Below, one piece after another: positions 13,470-25,389 of a DNA stretch of 64,000 nucleotides. The notes under the pieces were generated by a model, which did not search any database, was not told the origin of the DNA, and saw nothing but the letters and a program-made list of their open reading frames with translations. Source of the stretch: Octopus vulgaris (lineage: Eukaryota); the NCBI GenBank assembly GCA_951406725.2, contig OX597815.1:91574001-91638000 (forward strand), written 5' to 3'. How positions within the stretch are numbered: the first letter of the stretch is position 1; each line of letters begins with the position of its first letter. Position numbers and translations under genes: made by a program.

Positions 13470-13670
13470 TTACTGTTGTTTAGTCCCAAGTCTTCTTTGT
13501 GATCAAAGACATGCCAACTGTGACCATTCTGTATTTTTATGGATACTAGGGTGACTTTATCTAGTGTGCCTTCTTCCTTTAAGACAGTTAAGCGTGTGAT
13601 CAGAAGATGTTGCTGCTTTTTCTAGAATGCCAAGTAGCAGTACAGAAGCACTTTCATTCAGTTGTTGCAC
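13470..13670 (-). mobile_element. Interspersed repeat family D (ctagaaatagcagccaaatct...ggtcatggctggaatg...ctaaacaacaac)
   Basis: Diverged copies also at about 1440-1660, 15490-15670, 19590-19770, 37860-38020, 40790-40975, 49230-49840, 49860-50045, 50915-51110 and 57970-58220. Confidence 0.65.
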
Positions 13671-13816
13671 TCACAGTGTAAAACAATATTGTTTTGCCAT
13701 GATAATATAGTTTATGGTTCATCAGTGAGCTAGACTTCATTTTCTCTTATTCCTTACTGATATAATCATGTTATGTCCAATATAATTGCATTGCATATAT
13801 ATATATATATGTTTGT

Positions 13817-13920
13817 TGTATGTATGTATGTATGTATGTATGTATGTATGTATGTATGTATGTATGTATGTATGTATGTATGTATGTATGTATGTATGTA
13901 TAGAGAGAGAGAGAGAGAGA
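13817..13920. repeat. (TATG)n followed by (GA)n microsatellite
   Basis: Directly visible. Confidence 0.95.
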
Positions 13921-13964
13921 TAGATACACATGGGATAAATCAATATCAAGATATTACACTACCA

Positions 13965-14290
13965 ATATCATGATGTAACATAAGTTATATTATCATGGTA
14001 TTTCCTAGCTTGTGTAATTATAATATTACATAACTCATATGATTGTGTTCTTGTACAACTCTTGTGGTCATATTACATGCTTGACATAATTATATTATAT
14101 ATGAATCCTGAAATTTACATAACTGACATAATTACGAAATTTACATCATTGATATACTCATGAAATACAACTGATATAATCATAAAATTTACAATTCTTA
14201 TATTCTAGGGATATTTGCATAACTAATGTACTGATAATATTTGCATGACTGGCATAATTGTGTTATTTGCATAGCTGATTTAATTGCAGT
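13965..14290. repeat. Degenerate 26-bp minisatellite with ATTT(A/G)CAT core
   Basis: Core at 14113, 14139, 14187, 14213, 14239 and 14265 (26-bp period, one shortened unit). Confidence 0.75.
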
Positions 14291-15121
14291 GAAGTGAAGT
14301 CTATCGAGAATATGCCTTGATATCAAACATGTTAGGGTTTCAAATACATAATTTAGTGAATTGATAAATTCTGATTAACCGAGATTGCCTATGCAATTTG
14401 TTGATGAAAACTCCCTGTAAGTGTTTAGAATTTTTTAAAAATTGCATGGGAAACAATCCTAATAAAATTCAGTTAATTGAAACTTTTGAAAATGTTCAAA
14501 GCAGTAAGGCAGAGGATCTGATCTCTAAAGGCAGTTGGTGAATGCAGTGAACACATTTTTGTACTATTAAATCTCCTCAGCTAAGTCAACAAGACTAAGA
14601 CTGATAAATATATACAGAAATAGAGATAATGTAATGATGTTCAGGGGAGTGTTTTGCATGTTAAAAACATATACAATAGGGTCTCACATATTTAATATAG
14701 TGAGTTGAAAAACTTGAATTAACTGGGATTATCCATTTTATTAGTAGACAAAACTCCCTCTAAGTGTGTTTTAAATCTAAAAACAACAAGCAAGAGTGAA
14801 AACCCAATAAAATCTATCAACTAAATAGAATATGCTTTGATAGAGAGATTTGATAAGGCTGAAACATGTCTGTTGCTTTCATCAGTTGGTTTAACAACCC
14901 AATCCACACCCATATTGTTTTTACTATGTTTACTAAAATTTGAATTAATTTTATTAGAGTTTTCTCCTTTACTTGCTGTTTTTTAGATTTTAAACACTCA
15001 AAGAGGGAGATTTTGTCTATCAGTTACATGGATAATTTCAGTTAATGGAAGTTTTCCAACTCATGATATTACATACATGAAGCTCTTCTGTATTTGTATT
15101 TTGTATGCAGAACACTTCCTG
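14290..15121. mobile_element. Penelope-like pseudo-LTR remnant cluster with ~170-bp inverted arms
   Basis: Arms 14642-14812 and 14948-15121 are reverse complements; partial third copy at 14395-14480; degenerate hammerhead motifs (tgatga-aaac...gttt-agaa; gaaacatgtc at ~14861). Confidence 0.5.
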
Positions 15122-18100
15122 GGGTTGATGTCAGTTAAACAGAAAGACGGTGAGCTATTAAAAAGAAAGCAAGCTATTTAATATTAAACTGTCTTCCTCT
15201 TCCCAACAAGCAAAAGTTTGCTAAGTTCTGAATGTTATAAGAACTTCTTCACCACTGGAATTTAATGTCATCATCGTCATTAATTAAAAGTCACGTTTTA
15301 CCTATGCTAATATATTCATATTGTTGTTTCACTGTTCTGCATTGCTTCACTACTAAGCTAGCAAATAGTCGTTCTACCTTCAGTCTTACAACAATGTTTA
15401 TTTGTTCTGCTAGTTACCAAGCAGTAAACCCATCAAGTTTATAGGTTTATAATTGCTCCACATACTACTCTCCATCTTCCATAAGAGAGCCACTATATGG
15501 TCACATAACTGGCTTGATATAGCAGCAAATCTCTCTCACATCAAATTTTAATGAGTTAAAAGTAAGGATGAACACTTTATACACTCTAACTGTTGGTTCA
15601 CAAAAAGAAAGGATCATTATAACTAGATTATAAGTCTGTTCAGTCAGAGCTGGCTTGGGTTGAACAAACTTCAGGGACAACTCTGCATTCTACATTTAGG
15701 TCTCTCAAACAAATTTAGATCCATTATTCTGTCAAAGCTTATAGCAGTCTCTCCAAGAGATCTTCTATTGACTACTTTAATTATGAAGGTAGTAATCTCC
15801 TGTGGTGAGATATCATGTCAAACACTCTAATAAGGACTCACTCAGTGCTTGTCTTGTCACTTTTCCTACACTGAGATCATAACCAGAAAGTTTACTTCCA
15901 AGTAGCCTAGCTGTTGATTGGTAAGGTATATTAAGCAGCAGGAGCACTGTGTAACTGGTGAGAGTTTTATTAGATTTTTGTACTGAAACCAAATCTTCCC
16001 TTGAAGATTATACATTTTCCTTGGTCAACTATCTGGTTCTTAACACTACATAAAAACAAAGTTTTCTTGGTGGTTTTATAATGATGACCCAGTGAATTAC
16101 ATGTGTCACTAATATCTTAATTGGTGGACTGGAAATGTTTCATCAAAGGGTAAAATATTCATTGATCAAATCACTTTTATTTATCAAATAAACCTATAAT
16201 TTAAACTAGAAAGGCATTACTCTAGATACATTTCATCAAGAAGTCTTTGAGTGCTACCTCTATGATTTGGTGCATTAAGTAAAATAAGACCGGCTTCTCC
16301 ATCAGTGATGTGATACTTTCCATTCACACTGAAGCTCAGTTATTAGTTTTCATTCATATCCTTACAGTTATCATAGCCTTCCCTATTTTTCCCCTTACAG
16401 AAAATTCACTTTGGTTTCTACTATATTTGCAAAACATTAGTACTTCAAAATTATTTCTTTGTACCTGTTATCATCTTCTCGTCAAGTCGAATAAACCCTA
16501 ACACTACAACATTCCCTTCTAATAGTTGTACAGACAACACTGTAGTTATAACTTCTGCAAATTTATGTTTTTAATACATACCTCTAGCTTTTTGAATAAC
16601 TGTGAAACCTTGATTGTTAAGAGCTAGCTACTACATCATTAGCAAACTATTCTCTTGAAGAACTCATTGTATATATTTTTCTTTGAAATAAATATGTTAA
16701 AATTCTCATTTCCTCTCAATTCTCTCCTTTTGTTGCTTTTTGTTTTTGCTTCTTTTTATTGTTATTATTCATCTTTCCTCATCTCATAATGTTTAAAAGT
16801 ATAGTTAGGTAGAGTGGGGTTTCTCTGAATATTTTTGTTGCTGCTGCAGTTGTTATTACTTGCTTATTTTTATTTTTTGCATCTTATGTTGTTCTTGTTC
16901 TAAACAATGACTCCTTGTATTGATCACTGTACAAGTTTTCTTATTCTGTGTCTAATGTGATTGGTTAATCAGCAGCTGCAGAACCAGTATGAACAACTGT
17001 GAAAACTTCAGTTTGAAAAAAAAAAAGGAAGTAAAAAAAAATTAAAAAACCGCAAGTGGAAAGCAATAATTATTGCAACGACTACTGTTAGGTATTCATT
17101 AATATTTAAAGATACAATATTTTATTGTGTAGATAGATACTAGTGTGTAGGTATTGGTGTGCATTTTGGAAGTGTATATTGTCTGTGTGTCTATATCTGT
17201 TGATATGAAAAAGAAAGAAATATAGATATATAAAAAGGGGAAAATAGACTTCACCCTGAGTGTATGTCTATGTTCTGATGCAATTATAAATTAGAGCTTT
17301 TCCTTTCTTCAGCAATTTATACAAGAAAATTATTGACACACCACTTTGTGTATGTAATAAATAATGTTGTTCTTTCTCCTCAAAGTAGCCTTTCATTCAA
17401 GGTGTTCCACATAATATTTTTCAATCATATCTAGAAAAATCTTATGTATATTTAAATCAGTATTTTTTTTTTTGTCTTACAAGTCTCATGATTCATGTCA
17501 AGGACTGTATTATTTAAACATTGACTGTCTTTTTTAAACATTGAATGAATATCAGTTTAGGATTATACTTAGAATGACTTGTAACCAACTAATTGAACCA
17601 GGTACCAAAATTCTTTTAATTGCAGTGACATGCTCAACATAATAACCAAATATTCAAATCTTCTTCATATCACTCAACTTCTAGCTTTGATATGGGAGCA
17701 ACATATGTTTCAAAGGTTTTTTTTCTTTTAATCCCTGGGTCTGAAGAGAGTAACCATGGCCTTTGCAAGCTTTCCAACACTAGTGAGATTCATGTCACTA
17801 ATGTTCTTCTTGATACTTTCTGGGCAAAGATAAACATGGGAGGAATTCTAGAGAGAAAGGGCTAGTGGTTAGTATGGGTGGGGGGCAAGAGATTGTCTAT
17901 AACATGGGTTATGAAAGGAGAAAAGATGAGTTTGGAGTGCCTGAGTGAAGATAGCATGAGACCAGACAGCCTTGAGTAACAGAAGCCATTCTGGTAAAAA
18001 TAGAAAAAGGCAGAAGAGAGACAGCATTGGCCTAATGCTGTGGTATTGTTCGTGAAGGGTTTTTAAAACAAAATACCTACAATAAAGACTAGATAACCAA

Positions 18101-20589
18101 TGTTGGAACATCTATGTGGTTACTTGCCAGCATTGGAAAATGGACATTAAACAATAGAAATAGCAACCAAATTTCCCTCAAATTAAATCTCAGTATTTTG
18201 GAAAAATAGTACATTGGATTATCTACTTCAAGATTACACATTTGTTTACTATCCTCTTACTGTATTGAGGAACGTTTTCTCTAACTCTGTCTTTTTCCTA
18301 TAAGCCATAAACCTAGAATGGAAGGTCATTTTTCAACACATTTTACTGGGAAGGTGTCGACTGAAATTCTACAAGTCATCGATTTATAGAACTTACTTGA
18401 AGCAATGTGTTCCACTTGTACACTCTTTTTCTCCCCCCATCTCTCTCTCATTCTCTTTCTTTCTCTCTCTCCCCCTCTCTCTCTCTCTCTCTCCCTTTCT
18501 CTCTCAAGAGGAAAGGCAGTGCCCAAAACTGGTAGGAGGGTGCAAGGAATGTAGCCTCAATCCTTGCTCAAAAGCTTGTCACCAAGTGAACTCTTCTAAA
18601 GGCACTCAAGGTGGTGATGTTAAATTAAGCAATGCATTTAGTCTATCATCCAAGTAGATCATTGTGGGATCTGAACTCAGAATGCAAAGATCTATGACTA
18701 ACACTGGAAGGGACCTGGTCTGATGTTCTTACAGTTCCATCAACAACAAAACAACAATCCAGTACAGATCTCATATCATTCTGTGGTACAAGGAATAAAA
18801 GTCATGCACTGTTAGGGTGATACTTTTGTATTGATCCTGAAAATATGAAAGCACTGTTGACCTCAATGGGAATTGAACTAAGGGCACAGAATGTTGGAAT
18901 GGTACCATTAGACATTCCACCCAACACTAACAATTCTACCTATACAGTCAACTACTAAGATGCTAGTTTGTGCACTGTTATCCCTCTAGTTGATGGCTGG
19001 AGTGGAATTAGTGGTGAACCACAGAAATAATCAATGGCAGGTGCTGTTCTCACTCAGATAATATCCAAAGTAAATTAAAGAGATGCTATCAAAGAGTACT
19101 TTTGCTGAGCCAGGCAACTAATCAGGTTGTCGTTTTAATTGCCCAATTTCTGATTAGCATCTTTTGTAAATGATAGAAATCATTTTGTCTTGCTAATTAA
19201 TTATTGTCGAAGTGGGAGTGTACAACTTTCATATTACTTTCAGTCTGCTTTTTATTATTTGGTTTCTATTTTTTTGCTTTTACTGAAATAACTTTCATGT
19301 AAGCAGTTTCCACTCAAAGTAGTCATAACACAGCGGTGTTTCTTTCTTTCTATTTTATTTATTACTTTATTTAGAGTAGCTTAATTGACAGAGAATAGAA
19401 AATAGTGGTGATCTAAGTTCAGTAATTTTAGAATTATAATAGTTCTATGCCATAGACACTATTCGTTCTGTCAACAATCTGTCAATTTATTGTCTTGAAA
19501 GGTTTAATGTTCTAATCTTTGAAGAGTTTATTTATCAATGAGACTAGCTTATACAACTTATTATAGATGAACCAATGAGAAAATCTATGCACTGGTACTT
19601 GATCGGCTAGAAATCACAACCAAATCTCCCTGAAATCACGATCATACCATCTTAAAAATAGAAAAACACTTTTAATAAATCTTGGAGAAGAAAAGCTGTA
19701 TGGTCACAGATCAAATCCTGACATAAGTCTGTCTGGTCAGTGCTGACCTGGAATTAATCAACCATTATTGTTATTATTCAAGATAGTTACATACAGTGCC
19801 CTGGAAAATGCATCGTTCATTTTCAGAGACTGGCTTACACAAATTTTGCTTACATATTTAATTTGATAAAATGTTCACAGTACAAGTTCAGGGTCGTATT
19901 GGTGTCATTATGCATCTCACCTTGAAAGAGATATGCAGAATGAACAATGGCACTGGAGAAAATTAATTTCCAAATTTAGGCTGTTCTCCATTTTCGTGTG
20001 TCTTAAGCTCTCATTAGTGAGTCAGAACATTAAAATAAACATGTTTTCCTCCCACGTGCAAGCCTAAGGTTATTCTCAACTTCAAATTAGATTGATCTGC
20101 TCCAAATGAATCTAAACAAGACGCAGTGAGATCTGTCCAGTTTGTTTATGATGGATATCAGCATGTAACACTTATAAAAGCCAGGTTACCTTTCTCCATG
20201 AAAAGAGAATGAAAATGAATAAAGTAAACTAAGGAAGGCAGCATCATAATATCATTTACTATCAATGTAGCTAAGTAATGTATATATGGTAATGTAGTTT
20301 TTGTATTAACCCAACTCTCTCTCTCTCTCCCTGTCTCTCTCTCTCTCTCCCTTTCTCTCTCTCTCTCTTTCTTTCCCTTTGTCTCTCTTTCTTTCTCTCT
20401 CTCCCTTTCTCTTTCTCTCTAATTCTTTGTGTGTGTGTGTGTGTGCGCGCATATTATTTTTACAGCAAAAATGGTTGTCAGTAACTCTGAAGTTTCAATT
20501 GTCAACCTTTTCTTTTGAGAATAACAGAAATATATTACTCTTTGAAAATTATTAAACATACCGTCATATATATATATATATATATATAT

Positions 20590-20782
20590 TCTTTTCTACT
20601 CTAGACACAAGGCCCGAAATTTTGAGGAGGTGGCCAGTCAATTAGATTGACTCCAGTATGCAAGTGGTACTTAATTTATCAACCCCTAAAAGTATGATTG
20701 GCAAAGTCGACTTCAGCGGAATTTGAACTGAGAACATAAAGATAGACAAAATACTGCTAAGCATTCTCTGCCAACTCGCCTT
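20590..20782 (-). mobile_element. SINE family B (ggcgagctggcaga...gagttcaaattccgccgaggtcgactttgcctttcatcctttcggggtcgataaa)
   Basis: Reverse-complement match to the copy at 44982-45208. Confidence 0.8.
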
Positions 20783-21025
20783 ATATATACACACATATAT
20801 ATATTATATGTATTATGATCCCACTTAGCCATAGCCATGCCAATCAATAACCAGTTGTTAGAACTCAATATATTTATACTTCACAGTATTTAATGTTTAG
20901 TGATAAGATGTGAACTGTCTGTTATTCTCTACCCCAGACCCTTATATGAAATTAGCAGGTCTGTACAAAGTGAAATATTAATAAATGAATGACAAGAAAA
21001 CAAGAATTATATTATCGCTTTCATT

Positions 21026-21106
21026 GCCATACAGCTGTTTCTGTTATAGGGAGGCATGCCTCCAAAGTTGAGTATCAGCAGGTCTCCTTATTACTTCCTC
21101 AAAGCC
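21026..21106 (-). ncRNA. Degenerate type I hammerhead ribozyme (Penelope-like)
   Basis: Minus strand: UUGAGGA, stem II GUAAUAAGGAG/CUCCCUAUAAC, GAAAC AGCU GUA; palindromic stem III ACAGCUGU at 21031-21038. Confidence 0.5.
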
Positions 21107-22757
21107 ATTTCAGTGAAGTGTTTCTTTATTGAAGGCAGCATTTAAATACATGGTTGGGCACATATAGATACCCATGTAATATAATATGTTTATAGATAAA
21201 TATGAAAATAAATTACCTAGAGATAGATAGATATGCAGACACAGATACAAATAGACAACATATATATATATATATATCATAGTATATTATCGTAATTTTT
21301 ATGTCCACTTTTCCATGCTGACATGAACCAGACAGAATTTATGTTCAAGTAAATTTTTCTACAGCCAAATGCCCTTTCTGTCACCATGTTTCACCTGTTT
21401 CCAAGTAACATCTTGTTTCCAGACATAATTTTGTGATTAAGACATTCACTCTACAACCATGTAGTTTCAGGTTTAGTCTTGCAACATGGTCAAGTATTAT
21501 CTGCTGGACTTAGCAATGCCTTGTGAGTGGATTTGGTAGACAGAAACTGAAAGAAGTTCATCATATACATATATGCATCGTGTGTGTGTGTGTGTGTGTG
21601 TGTGTGCATATAAAAATGTTTACATTCCACAGCTCCACTTGAGCAAAGCAGTAAATGATGTTATCAGTCTTTGTTGACAGTCACTTGTTGGCAGTCACTT
21701 TGCACTTTTGAAGAGGTGTGGAATAAAAAGATTCCTTACTTGAAAAACAGGTAAAGGTTGGTGACAGGAAGAGCATCTTGGCCATAAAAATCCTTCTCCA
21801 AATGCATCATCATCCATGCTAATAAGGAAAAATAGACCCTGAACAAACAAGCCAATGTGTGTGTTGGTAGGTAGGCTTTAAAGGAAATCATCTTGTTTTG
21901 TTCATCATCCTTTAAACCTTCAGAAGGTCTTGCAGATTTTTATAGTTCCAGATATCGTAGTCATTTGTAGTGCATGAATTACAGAAGGAAGGAATGAACA
22001 AACAAATGAATAAAAGTAGGAAGGAAGGAACAAATAAACAAATGAATGAAAGAAAAGAAGGAAGGATGAATGGATACAAAGCCATACCTTGAAATAAATT
22101 TTTATGTATATTATATTATATTATTTTATTATATCATTGTATGAAATATTGCATATTTATATGCATACATTTCAACATGGAGTTTCATACTGTTTACAAG
22201 GCTCCCTTCATTTTAATTGTGTTGATGTATCCTTTATATATGTGTGTATGTATGTATGTATTGTTCTCTTCAGAACTAAGGAGATTTATTTCTGAAATCA
22301 ACATGATTGAAACAAATTTGTAACCCTGTAAACTAATGTATAAGTAATATATATGTTCAATGCTGCTACTTGAAACAAGTACTATATTCAGTTTGTGAAC
22401 TCCCTTATGAACAACTCAAGCTATACATTTGCACACACACACACATATTTATATATGTAATGTATGCATGTGTAATGTATACATATGCACATATGTGTAT
22501 GTATACACATAAAATATGTGTGTGAGTATATGCATATATATGTATATATATATATATATATATCACATGCATACATAGATTTATGTTAACATATATACAT
22601 GTATATGCATGTAAATATGTATATGTGTGTGTGTGTAATGTATATAAATATATATAAATAAATAAAATACATATGAATATATCTATAAAATACATAAAAA
22701 TATATATTGATAAACTACATACACCTATATAATACATAATATATATATAATAATAAT

Positions 22758-22800
<43 letters not shown>

Positions 22801-23726
22801 TATATATATATATATAAATAAAATAATACATACATATACACATACACACAAATTTAGCATTAGAGTAGTTGAGAGATCAACTGCTATCATAAATGAATTT
22901 TAAAAAAGGAAGGGTTATTGTTCCTGTAAAGAACAAAAAGAATTTTCCTTTTTTTCTTCTTTTATTCAATTTTTTTTTTTTTGCGTAGGGGATGGTGTGA
23001 TATCTTCCCATATAATTTTGTAAGTGAACTTCATGTATAGTTCCTACCTAGCAGGTAAGAAATTCATAACACTATTTGAAAGGAAAGAATATCTAATTTT
23101 ATGATGAAAAAGAAATGAAATAAAATGAAGAAAATAAAAAACAAATAAATAATAAAATAAATATAGTATAAAGTAAAAACAAAGAGGAATGAAAATGGAA
23201 AAAAATAAGAAAGAAAGAAAAGAACACTTGACAAGCTTAGCTTTAGTTTCAACGTGTCACTGGTGTTAAAATCTAATGGATATTGGAAATGGATATAAAA
23301 GTAATAATAACACCAATGATACTAATAACAACAACAACAGTAGTAGTAGTAATAATAATAATAATGATAATAATAATAACAACAACAACAACCACAACAA
23401 CATTGATGATATAGTAATATAACAAAACAATAATGTAGAGAACTCTGTTGCCATTGACAATGATTTCTTTGAAAGCTCGAGTTAAAAGGAAAATTATTAA
23501 ATTATTACCTCTTCATAGAGATTTTGAGCAAAACTTATGAAGACACTTAAGATTTATACTTTGTTTAGTTTTTTTGTGTTTTTATTTATTCATTTTTTTA
23601 TTTTTGTTGAGGGAGGTTCTGGCTGGGGCAGGAAATTTCTTAGGTTTTTTTTTTCATTTTTTTATGCTTTTTTAGTGTTTGTTTGTTTTTTCGTTTTTTT
23701 TGTTTTGTATTTTTTCTGAGAAACAT

Positions 23727-23733
23727 TTATTAC

Positions 23734-23770
<37 letters not shown>

Positions 23771-23780
23771 GTTATTATTA

Positions 23781-23814
<34 letters not shown>
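23727..23814. repeat. (TTA)n microsatellite
   Basis: Directly visible. Confidence 0.95.
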
Positions 23815-23815
<1 letters not shown>

Positions 23816-23917
23816 TCTTCTTTCTTTCTCAGACAGTATTCATTCTAGTTATTGTCCTTTCAAACATATAGATCTTGTAAATGTTAGTAATGCTACGTAT
23901 ACTTCACACATATAATA

Positions 23918-24067
23918 CTACACACAAGGCATGAAATAGAAAATAAATGGTCTGCATCTGCGTCGTGTCTGCAACTGTGTCTGTGTCTGGTGACCCATAT
24001 TAAATTCTTCACAGTTGCTGCATTTACAGCTTACATTGCTTACAAGACATTGTCTCGCAAGTGTCAC
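23918..24067 (-). CDS. Candidate exon: 24/33-nt microexon (VTLARQCL[VSN]) or terminal exon VTLARQCLVSNVSCKCSNCEEFNMGHQTQTQLQTRRRCRPFIFYFMPCV*
   Basis: Strong acceptor cattttctttttattacgcag|GTG; two in-frame GTAAGC donors after 24 and 33 nt; otherwise open to TAG at 23918. Confidence 0.4.
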   Translation of the reverse strand: MTLARQCLVSNVSCKCSNCEEFNMGHQTQTQLQTRRRCRPFIFYFMPCV

Positions 24068-24356
24068 CTGCGTAATAAAAAGAAAATGTAAATATATAAA
24101 AAAAAAAATGTATGTGATGGCGTTTTACTTTTTTTTTTCTCCCCTAAACAGAATAAAGTTTTGCTTGACATAAGCATTCATTATTCATTATTAGCTTAGT
24201 AACTTCAGCATTAATGTATATTTTCATGCACCCTTCCTCATCATCGTCATCTTTTTATACAATCATTATCATCAAATTTTTCTGTAATTGTATGGATATA
24301 TATATGTATATATATATAGTATTAATAAAATAGATGGAAAAAAAAATTTATTTAGT

Positions 24357-24395
24357 ATGCGACATGTTTTGACCCATTCTGGGTCTCTTCAGGTA
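24357..24395 (-). ncRNA. Minimal type I hammerhead ribozyme (GAAA mutated to AAAA)
   Basis: UAC CUGAAGA GACCC AGAAU GGGUC AAAAC AU GUC GCAU. Confidence 0.65.
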
Positions 24396-24456
24396 TATAA
24401 ATAAAAAAAAAATTAAAAGTCTTGCTGAAACTTTTTAATTTTTATATATATTTATA

Positions 24457-24494
24457 TACCCGAAGAGACCCAGAATGGGTCGAAACGTGCCGTA
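24457..24494 (+). ncRNA. Minimal type I hammerhead ribozyme (CUGA to CCGA, GUC to GCC)
   Basis: UAC CCGAAGA GACCC AGAAU GGGUC GAAAC GU GCC GUA. Confidence 0.65.
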
Positions 24495-24664
24495 CTAAAT
24501 AAAATCTTTTTTTTGACAACTATTTTATCAATACTGTTACCTCAGCCACCACTATGAAGTTTCTGTAATCTACGAATAACCGGTAATCGAAACCGTGCTG
24601 GTGCTTTACTCATCATCCACTTATACATTTTGTATAATTTCTCCATTATATATATATATATATA

Positions 24665-25260
24665 TATATCTTGTAATTGTTTCAGTTATTTGACACAACC
24701 AAGCTGGGGCACTGCCTTGAAGAATTTTTTAGTCAAAGCATTTTTTTTTCTTTTTAAGCTTGGTACATATTCTATTAATTTCTTTTACTGAACCGCTAAG
24801 TTACACAGACATAAACACACCAACAACAGTTGCCAAGTGGTGGTGGGGTCAAACAAAGATGCTTACACACACACAAACATAAATATATATGCATACATAC
24901 ATATATGTGTGTGTATGTGTGTGATTTGAACAACTCCTGCACATTTAACTCCATTACTTAATTTATCCATGTTATACAAAAACGTTTCACTTAACCCTGG
25001 AATTTCTACCTTTATAAGTAGGGTGTAATAGCCTTGGCACTTATGTGGATTTTTGCTACCCTGGTAACTATTTATTTTTTCCTTGTTATTTATACACATT
25101 GAAAAAATATACATACATTTATATATATATATATATATATATACACATGATGGGCTTTTTCCAGTTTCCATTTGCCACATTCACACACGAGGCTTTGGTT
25201 GACCCAAAGCTATAGTAGAAGACACTTGCCCAAGGTTCTACACAGTGGATCTGAACCCAG
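24665..25260 (-). mobile_element. SINE family A, interrupted
   Basis: gaaccgctaagttac and gacacttgcccaagg motifs shared with 49315-49683; unrelated insert at about 24930-25100. Confidence 0.75.
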
Positions 25261-25389
25261 TAATAGTCATATTATGTCAATGCTATCATCATTATCGTAG
25301 ATGGCAAGTATGACCATTCTGGGTCATCATTCAACAGTGATGGGGTCAATGCAGTTGATATTTAGTTTGTACAAATGTACAACTAACTA

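Larger units (their letters stand above)
24318..24645. mobile_element. Penelope-like element end: inverted pseudo-LTR pair with hammerheads
   Basis: Palindrome 24318-24535 centred near 24425; each arm carries a hammerhead core followed by AATAAA; unique extension on the right side. Confidence 0.7.

Noticed and set aside
7979-14290. CRISPR-like reading of the short repeat arrays
   Set aside because: Eukaryotic context, degenerate repeats, no constant-length unique spacers, no cas genes
23041-23061. ctagcag|gtaaga recursive-like site and small hairpin
   Set aside because: Weak pyrimidine tract with upstream AGs; plausible by chance
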